NCBI GenBank assembly: GCA_041548245.1
Contig: JBFESZ010000026.1
Coordinates: 1-23,331 of the forward strand
DNA: 23,331 bases
Direction of reading: 5' to 3'
Source: Sulfurimonadaceae bacterium
Lineage (GTDB): Bacteria > Campylobacterota > Campylobacteria > Campylobacterales > Sulfurimonadaceae
The first letter of the stretch is position 1. The number at the start of each line of letters is the position of its first letter. The position numbers and the translations under genes were made by a program. The notes below the pieces were generated by a model. That model saw nothing but the letters and a program-made list of their open reading frames with translations, did no database searches and was not told the DNA's origin. Of this stretch, positions 17,047 to 23,331 are shown one piece after another.

Positions 17047-17807
17047 CAGTACCTGTTCATTATCACTTGGAAATACCCCGGTTGTGTCACATCAAAATAG
17101 GGTTTGATCCTGGCATTTTGAAAGCCTTGTGATTTAGTAACCTCTGTGACCTGACCGACTTTTAAACCCGTAAGGAACAGATTATCAAGACCGCTTGTAT
17201 AGACCTCGTCTCCGATCTCGATCTGAATCCAGTTAGGAATAAACTCGACAAGCATCTCTTCAGTGTTTTTTCCATGTACAATGCCAGGTGCTCTTTTTTT
17301 CCCAATATACACCGCATAGGAGCATTTATAATCCGAGTTTAAAAGTGCCATGGGCTGACCATGTTGAAAGGTTACGATTCCTGCACTGACTCCTTTACTC
17401 ACTAATCCATACACCTTGGAAGTATTATAATCCTTCATATCAATCCATACACGATTGATATCGCCAAACTTTGCATAGGAAAGGGTCTTGACAAGCTGTA
17501 CTTTAGGTGAAATCTCTAAGGAAGATTGATGTTCTTCAAACATAAGGTTAAGTTCACTGGCAAACTCTTGTGCAAGCAGACTATTTTCTTGATATATTTT
17601 GTTTTCTTTTTGGAGTCTTTGGATAGTGGCTTGTTGATCAAAATGTTCATCAATCGAAGCATTGATACTCTCAATACTCTCATGATAAAAGGCTTTAACA
17701 CTGTTTAATGCCCCGATAAAAGGATCTTGAATCCAGTTGGTAAACTTTAAAACGCCGATTAAAATGGCAAATCCTATAAACAGAAAGCCAATCAGCTCTC
17801 TATTCAT
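17046..17807 (-). CDS. mreC: Rod shape-determining protein MreC
   Basis: N-terminal TM, coiled coil, C-terminal IGDEVYTSGLDNLF..GLKVGQV motif; follows mreB. Confidence 0.94.
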   Translation of the reverse strand: MNRELIGFLFIGFAILIGVLKFTNWIQDPFIGALNSVKAFYHESIESINASIDEHFDQQATIQRLQKENKIYQENSLLAQEFASELNLMFEEHQSSLEISPKVQLVKTLSYAKFGDINRVWIDMKDYNTSKVYGLVSKGVSAGIVTFQHGQPMALLNSDYKCSYAVYIGKKRAPGIVHGKNTEEMLVEFIPNWIQIEIGDEVYTSGLDNLFLTGLKVGQVTEVTKSQGFQNARIKPYFDVTQPGYFQVIMNRY

Positions 17808-18837
17808 GCTCGAAGAGTTCCTGTAGTAGGTCTATCTCCTCAAGTGCACGGCCTGTCCCTTTGGCTACAGCTAGCAGAGGTTCATCAGCCACATAAACTG
17901 GGATCTTGATCAATTCGGAGAGATATTTGTCCAGCTGACGGATCAAGGCACCTCCACCGGTTAAGATAATGCCGTGATTAACGATATCACCTGCTAGGTC
18001 AGGCGGCATAATCTCAAGTACATCGCGTAAAGCTTCTCCTATCTCTTTCAATGGATCACGCATCGCTTCACGGGCATCTTCACTTGTCAGTTCGATTGAA
18101 CTTAGAAGCCCCTCTACCTGGTCACGGCCATTAACAATCATCGTCAGTTCTTCGTCTAGCGGCATTGCTGTACCAATAGCGATCTTGATCTCTTCAGCCG
18201 AACGTTCACCAATGAGAAGATTATATTTTCGCTTTACAAAGTCAATAATCGCTTGATCGATTTTGTCACCCGCAACACGAATTGACTTGGACAGTACAAG
18301 ACCACCAAGAGAAACTACACCGATCTCTGTCGTACCGCCACCAATATCCACAACAAGGTTTCCTTGCGGTTCACGAATATCGATACCGGCACCAATAGCA
18401 GCTGCCATGGGCTCTTCTATCAGAAAAACTTCACGTGCACCTGCAGAAAGAGCCGATTCACGTACAGCTTTACGTTCTACCTGTGTCAGACCGTATGGGA
18501 CACAGATGATGATACGAGGACTGATCAATGCTGAGCGCCCATGCGCTTTTTGGATGAACTTTCGGATCATCTTCTCGGTCATATCAAAATCAGCGATAAC
18601 CCCATCCTTCATAGGACGAATCGCCTTGATATTACCCGGCGTCTTACCGACCATGTCTTTGGCTTCACGGCCTACTGCCAGCACTTTTTGCTGACCAAAG
18701 CGTTCTGTCTTAACTGCAACCACAGAAGGCTCATTGATGATGATACCTTGACCTTTGGCAATAACCAGTGTATTCGCTGTCCCTAAGTCGATTGAAAGGT
18801 CACTTGAAAAAAGTCCAATAAACTTGTTAAAAATCAT
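17800..18837 (-). CDS. mreB: Rod shape-determining protein MreB
   Basis: [54 protein letters not shown]. Confidence 0.99.
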   Translation of the reverse strand: MIFNKFIGLFSSDLSIDLGTANTLVIAKGQGIIINEPSVVAVKTERFGQQKVLAVGREAKDMVGKTPGNIKAIRPMKDGVIADFDMTEKMIRKFIQKAHGRSALISPRIIICVPYGLTQVERKAVRESALSAGAREVFLIEEPMAAAIGAGIDIREPQGNLVVDIGGGTTEIGVVSLGGLVLSKSIRVAGDKIDQAIIDFVKRKYNLLIGERSAEEIKIAIGTAMPLDEELTMIVNGRDQVEGLLSSIELTSEDAREAMRDPLKEIGEALRDVLEIMPPDLAGDIVNHGIILTGGGALIRQLDKYLSELIKIPVYVADEPLLAVAKGTGRALEEIDLLQELFEHE

Positions 18838-18850
18838 ATATAGTCCTGAA

Positions 18851-20089
18851 TTATGCTATTTTTTTCTTACTTTTTTTGACGTATACGGGTTTCTCACCCT
18901 CTTGTACCATCTCTTTTGTGACAATGACCTCGTATCCTGAGTATTCCGGTAGTTCATACATCACATCGATCATCATCTCTTCTAAAATTGAACGAAGCCC
19001 GCGTGCACCCGTTTTACGCTCTATCGCTTTTTTCGCTATGGCCTTTAATGCTTCATCTTCAAAATTCAGCTCAACATCGTCTATAGCGAAAAGCTTTTTG
19101 TATTGGCGTACCAGAGAGTTCTTCGGCTCTGTCAATATTTTGACCATTGCCTCTTCTTCAATCTCGCTAAGTGTAGCAATAATTGGTAAACGGCCGATCA
19201 ACTCAGGAATCAATCCGTATTGCACCAAGTCATCAGGTTCGACCATATCAAAGGTCGGTTCCTGCTCATCCTTCGACTTTTTCTCATGACCAAAACCGAG
19301 AACGTTTTCTCCACCCTTTCGTTTGAGAATATCTTTCATCCCATCAAAGGCACCACCACAGATGAACAGAATCCCTGAAGTGTCAATCGATATAAACTCT
19401 TGATTAGGGTGTTTACGACCACCTTTTGGTGGAATATTGACCTGCGCGCCTTCAATGATCTTAAGAAGAGCCTGTTGTACCCCTTCTCCCGATACATCAC
19501 GGGTAATCGAACGGTTCTCGCTCATACGTGAAATCTTGTCGATCTCGTCGATAAAGACGATTCCCTGCTGCGCTCGTTCCACATCTCCATCAGCGGCTTG
19601 AAGCAGTCGCGTTAAGATATTCTCGACATCTTCACCCACATACCCTGCTTCTGTAAGACTGGTAGCATCGGCAATCGCCAAAGGCACGTTCAATACACGT
19701 GCAATTGTCTGAGCCATCAGTGTCTTGCCTGAACCCGTTGGACCTATGAGCAAGATGTTTGATTTTGCAATTTCAGTCTCATCCTCTTCGACTTCATGCT
19801 GCTTGAAGATACGTTTGTAATGATTGTATACCGCTACAGAGAGAAGCTTACGTGCATTTTCTTGACCGATGACATATTCGCCCAAGAAAGCGTTCAGCTC
19901 TTTAGGTGTCATCAATTCACCCACCATTTGTGGCTGTGCCGCACTCTCCTCTTCACTCATATCATCACCGAACATGATACGATAGGCCGATATCACACAG
20001 TTCTTACAGATATAGACACCGTTACCTGCAATAAGAGGGTTCTCTTCTGTTTCCATCGCTTCACAAAAGCTACAGTTTCTATGAATCAT
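18851..20089 (-). CDS. clpX: ATP-dependent Clp protease ATP-binding subunit ClpX
   Basis: C4 zinc domain CSFC...[32 protein letters not shown] loop, LGF loop, TGARGLR. Start moved to ATG 20089 (AAGGA SD; avoids a long overlap with lpxA). Confidence 0.98.
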   Translation of the reverse strand: MIHRNCSFCEAMETEENPLIAGNGVYICKNCVISAYRIMFGDDMSEEESAAQPQMVGELMTPKELNAFLGEYVIGQENARKLLSVAVYNHYKRIFKQHEVEEDETEIAKSNILLIGPTGSGKTLMAQTIARVLNVPLAIADATSLTEAGYVGEDVENILTRLLQAADGDVERAQQGIVFIDEIDKISRMSENRSITRDVSGEGVQQALLKIIEGAQVNIPPKGGRKHPNQEFISIDTSGILFICGGAFDGMKDILKRKGGENVLGFGHEKKSKDEQEPTFDMVEPDDLVQYGLIPELIGRLPIIATLSEIEEEAMVKILTEPKNSLVRQYKKLFAIDDVELNFEDEALKAIAKKAIERKTGARGLRSILEEMMIDVMYELPEYSGYEVIVTKEMVQEGEKPVYVKKSKKKIA

Positions 20090-20870
20090 TATTCTTCCTT
20101 TCGTATGCAATACCGCGCTTCGTATTAATAGCAAAATCACACAAAGCTTTTACATGTTCGCTTTGTGTTTTATCAAACAGTTCCTGGGCGGCTTCTTTAA
20201 GCGGACGCCCTTTTTCAAACAGTTCTCTGTAAGCCGATTTCAATTGATTGATCTCATCTCTTTCCAGATTACGTCTTAACCCGGTTAAATTCAGACCTCG
20301 AATACCGGCACGATTTCCCTCTGCCATACAAAAAGGCGGTACATCCTGAGAAAGTGCAGAAGCACCCGCTACCATCGCATAATCACCTATCTTGACAAAC
20401 TGATGTATCGGGGTCATACCACCGACAACTACATAGTTTCCAATTTCTACATGCCCGGCAATCGTTGCGGCATTGGCAAAAATACAGTTTGAACCGATAA
20501 TACAATCATGGCCGACGTGTACATATCCCATAAAAAGGTTGTTCGATCCAATAATCGTCTTTGATCCACCCCCTTCTGTACCCGGGTTAAACAAGGTAAA
20601 CTCACGAATCGTATTATTATCACCGATGATTAGCTCTACCTCTTCACCATTATATTTTAGGTCTTGGGGAATTGATCCTATCACAGCATGAGAAAAGATT
20701 CTATTATTTTTTCCAACGGTCGTTTTTCCGTAAATACAAGCACCTTGGGCAATCGTCGTCCCATCTCCGATGACTGCTTCAGAAGAGACAAATGCATACG
20801 GAGCAATGGAAACATTTTCACCGATAACGGCACCTTTTTCGATAATGGCGAGTTCTGAAATTACACTCAT
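20079..20870 (-). CDS. lpxA: Acyl-ACP--UDP-N-acetylglucosamine O-acyltransferase
   Basis: Hexapeptide repeats, [39 protein letters not shown]. Alternative GTG start at 20873. Confidence 0.97.
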   Translation of the reverse strand: MSVISELAIIEKGAVIGENVSIAPYAFVSSEAVIGDGTTIAQGACIYGKTTVGKNNRIFSHAVIGSIPQDLKYNGEEVELIIGDNNTIREFTLFNPGTEGGGSKTIIGSNNLFMGYVHVGHDCIIGSNCIFANAATIAGHVEIGNYVVVGGMTPIHQFVKIGDYAMVAGASALSQDVPPFCMAEGNRAGIRGLNLTGLRRNLERDEINQLKSAYRELFEKGRPLKEAAQELFDKTQSEHVKALCDFAINTKRGIAYERKNNDS

Positions 20871-20878
20871 CACTTGCC

Positions 20879-21322
20879 TTACTTATCTACAACCATAGCT
20901 TTTAGTTCAGCTTCTGAGACAAGGTTTCCATCCACATATGCCTTGCCTTGAAGAACCCAAATAGCACCTTTATGCTTGATTACAGAGATCTCATACTCCA
21001 AACGATCACCAGGGCGCACAGGGTTACGGAACTTAGCCTTGTCAATACTCATAAAATAAACAACTTTTTCAGCGGCTTCTTCTTCAGTCATCTCCATACT
21101 TTTGAATGCCAGAATACCACCGGCTTGAGCCATCCCTTCAAGGATCATTACACCAGGGTAGATTGGATGACCCGGAAAGTGACCTTCAAAAACCTGCTCA
21201 CCGATACTTACATTTTTATAACCTAGAAGTTTTTCATTATCAACAATATCTGTAACTCTATCGATTAACAGAAGAGGGAATCTGTGGGGTAATATTTTCT
21301 GAATTTCTACAACATCCATCAT
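20879..21322 (-). CDS. fabZ: 3-hydroxyacyl-ACP dehydratase
   Basis: [52 protein letters not shown] at 21322 (or 21319) preferred over TTG 21331. Confidence 0.98.
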   Translation of the reverse strand: MMDVVEIQKILPHRFPLLLIDRVTDIVDNEKLLGYKNVSIGEQVFEGHFPGHPIYPGVMILEGMAQAGGILAFKSMEMTEEEAAEKVVYFMSIDKAKFRNPVRPGDRLEYEISVIKHKGAIWVLQGKAYVDGNLVSEAELKAMVVDK

Positions 21323-21353
21323 AAGCAGCAAAACCTTTTTATAAAATTTAGCT

Positions 21354-21362
21354 ATTTTATCA
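21354..21362 (-). promoter_or_regulatory. Extended -10 promoter of the fabZ-lpxA-clpX-mreBC operon
   Basis: TGATAAAAT about 30 nt upstream of fabZ. Confidence 0.55.
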
Positions 21363-21396
21363 AAAAACAGGTTAATTTAGTATTATTTATATCTGG

Positions 21397-21426
21397 CGAA
21401 AGAAGAAACTCTTGTCAGAGCCTCTT
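21397..21426 (-). terminator. Probable intrinsic terminator after the DUF1538-PII gene
   Basis: AAGAGGCUCU-GACA-AGAGUUUCUU 10-bp stem (two G-U pairs that work only on the minus strand) followed by CUUUC; 18 nt after the stop. Confidence 0.55.
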
Positions 21427-21444
21427 TTAGTGTATTTGTATGGC

Positions 21445-23331
21445 TTAAAGATCAGCCATGTTCAAGGTCAGTCCTTTAAGGTTTGAGATCGGATATGAAT
21501 AGGTAATACCGGCACCCTCTCCGATAAGATCAAGATCATCCATAATTCTTTTGATAATACTTTCTACCCTTTTTGTCGGAGTAATAAACATCAGGTTGGA
21601 ATCTGTCGCTCCCTCATGAAGCCTGTTGTAAAAATTCTCCATCTGCTCCAAGCCCAACCCATGCGCTCGCATGACAGTCACTCCTTTCGCACCGGCTTCT
21701 CTGGCCGAAAGGATGGCCTCTTCCTCTCTCTCCTGAGGTACGATGACGTGCACTGCAGAGAATGGAAGGTCGTAAGTGTGTCTCTTGTCCGTTCCATAGA
21801 TATTGACCGTAGAGAGCCCCATATCTTGAGCAAGTTCAAGTGCGTTTTTCAGTTCGTTGATATGGATCGTCTCAAGCTCATGTCTGCCTTTAATTCCCAT
21901 TCTTTCCGTAATGACACCATACGCCATTACCGTCAACATAGGGAAAAGTGAAGCAAATGCGATAAGACCGAAACCATCAATCAAGGGGTCACGTCCGGGA
22001 ATGTTTGTCGCTAAACCAAGTCCAAGTGCTGCGACCAAAGGGACAGTTACCGTAGAAGTCGTGACCCCGCCACTGTCATAGGCGATCGGAATGATATACT
22101 TGGGTGCAATAAAAGTCAGAGCAATGACAAACAGGTATCCTGCCATGATGTAAAATACGATTTCACCACCATTGACAATTCTGTAGGCTCCCAAAGCAAT
22201 CCCGATGGCTACCCCAAAGGCGACAAACAGGCGCAAGACGAAATCATTGATCTTCCCATCACTGATCTCTTTGGCCTTTTTTGCAATGGCTGTCAATGAT
22301 GGTTCAGCCATGGTCGTTGAGAACCCGATAGCAAAGGAAAAAGCATAAATGATAATCGTACTGTCATTTTTCGTAAGTTCAAAGGCCATCGTCTCTCCTA
22401 GGGAGAAAAGGCCAAGTTCCAGACCGATAATAAAGGCATCAAGTCCGAGAATCACCAGCCCGAAACCGATGAGTACGCATTTCAAATTCTCGATTGGCTT
22501 TTTCAGTACAACATACTGAAAAAAGAATATCACTGCCAAAATCGGAAAAACGTCCATAACGACGCTGAAAAGTCCTTTTAAAAGTGCCAACGGGTTCAGA
22601 TCTAAGGTAAACGAAGCTTCACATGCTTCAGCTACAACCGGGACTAAAGGTTTTACCACCTCAGCAGCTTCGATAAACTCATAAACAAAGATCCCATAAA
22701 ACTGTACAAATATCATCGGAGTCAAAGAGGCAAAAGCGATCAATCCAAAACCGTCCAGAACAGGATTTCTCCCCTTTATTGTCGAAGCCAGCCCAATACC
22801 AAGTGCCGCCACAAGAGGAACGGTGACAGTAGAGGTCGTTACCCCGCCAAGATCAAAGGCAAGTCCGACGATCTCTTTGGGAGACAAGGCTGTAGAGGCA
22901 ACCACTAGAATGTATCCAACGATGATGTAATAATGAATCGGATGCCCCTTGATGATCCTCCAGACACCTAAGACTATAGCAAAACCGACAGAAAAAGCAA
23001 CGACCATCCTCAAGATGGTCGCATCAATACGCCCGCAACTGATGGCTGCTGCTTTTTCAGCGATCACCACTAAAGCAGGCTCAGCCACTGTTGTACCAAA
23101 TCCGATCATAAAGGCAAAAAGCACTATCCAGAACACAGAACCTCTGTGTGCAAAATCACTGGCTAGCTTTTCACCTACAGGGAAAATTCCCACCTCAAGC
23201 CCTAAGAGAAAAACAGCCAGACCAATAGCAACAATAAAAAGACCGATGGCAGTACTGATCCAATGCAGAGGAACGCTTTGAATAATTGCAAGCTGAAAGA
23301 ACATAATGACCAAGATGATCGGCATCAGGTC
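21445..23331 (-). CDS. Tandem DUF1538 membrane protein fused to a C-terminal PII-like domain; 5' end lies beyond the window
   Basis: Two homologous hydrophobic halves, each with GF.TT.AEP.L, D.GGVTTSTVTVPLVAALG.G and DGFGLIAFASL. Last ~105 aa have a PII-like pattern (VIVP..E..I.SAREAGAKGVTVMRAHGLG...GAGITYSYPI...GL). Frame is open to the window edge (GAC CTG ATG). Confidence 0.85.
   Translation of the reverse strand, partial: DLMPIILVIMFFQLAIIQSVPLHWISTAIGLFIVAIGLAVFLLGLEVGIFPVGEKLASDFAHRGSVFWIVLFAFMIGFGTTVAEPALVVIAEKAAAISCGRIDATILRMVVAFSVGFAIVLGVWRIIKGHPIHYYIIVGYILVVASTALSPKEIVGLAFDLGGVTTSTVTVPLVAALGIGLASTIKGRNPVLDGFGLIAFASLTPMIFVQFYGIFVYEFIEAAEVVKPLVPVVAEACEASFTLDLNPLALLKGLFSVVMDVFPILAVIFFFQYVVLKKPIENLKCVLIGFGLVILGLDAFIIGLELGLFSLGETMAFELTKNDSTIIIYAFSFAIGFSTTMAEPSLTAIAKKAKEISDGKINDFVLRLFVAFGVAIGIALGAYRIVNGGEIVFYIMAGYLFVIALTFIAPKYIIPIAYDSGGVTTSTVTVPLVAALGLGLATNIPGRDPLIDGFGLIAFASLFPMLTVMAYGVITERMGIKGRHELETIHINELKNALELAQDMGLSTVNIYGTDKRHTYDLPFSAVHVIVPQEREEEAILSAREAGAKGVTVMRAHGLGLEQMENFYNRLHEGATDSNLMFITPTKRVESIIKRIMDDLDLIGEGAGITYSYPISNLKGLTLNMADL

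Noticed and set aside
13439-20089. carB without carA and clpX without clpP
   Set aside because: Normal for Campylobacterota, where these partners are encoded elsewhere.

Overview
Gene-dense chromosomal window from a Campylobacterota (epsilonproteobacterial) bacterium. A Sulfurovum/Sulfurimonas-type organism is inferred from gene order, the MutS7 gene and promoter style. Every credible gene except one small PAS gene is on the minus strand. Two housekeeping blocks match Campylobacter/Helicobacter synteny: rplU-rpmA-obgE-proB-fmt-birA (birA is missed by the ORF track and runs off the left edge) and fabZ-lpxA-clpX-mreB-mreC-(small ORF)-carB. Between them lie a DUF1566 protein, RidA, an exported thioredoxin, dapE, an unknown lipoprotein, a 992-aa MutS with a C-terminal HNH nuclease (MutS7-type) and a stand-alone Aer/CetB-like PAS protein. 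carB heads an overlapping gene run: carB, a short TsaC-like gene, a membrane protein, a UPF0323 lipoprotein ending in Gly-Gly, and a glutathionylspermidine-synthase-like ATP-grasp enzyme. The right edge holds a partial tandem-DUF1538 membrane protein fused to a PII-like domain. Best leads: (1) the Gly-Gly-tailed lipoprotein plus ATP-grasp pair as a possible protein C-terminal ligation system; (2) a ~225-nt highly structured rplU leader with a possible pseudoknot and attenuator; (3) MutS7-HNH; (4) the DUF1538x2-PII fusion. No mobile elements, CRISPR arrays, tRNA or rRNA were seen.
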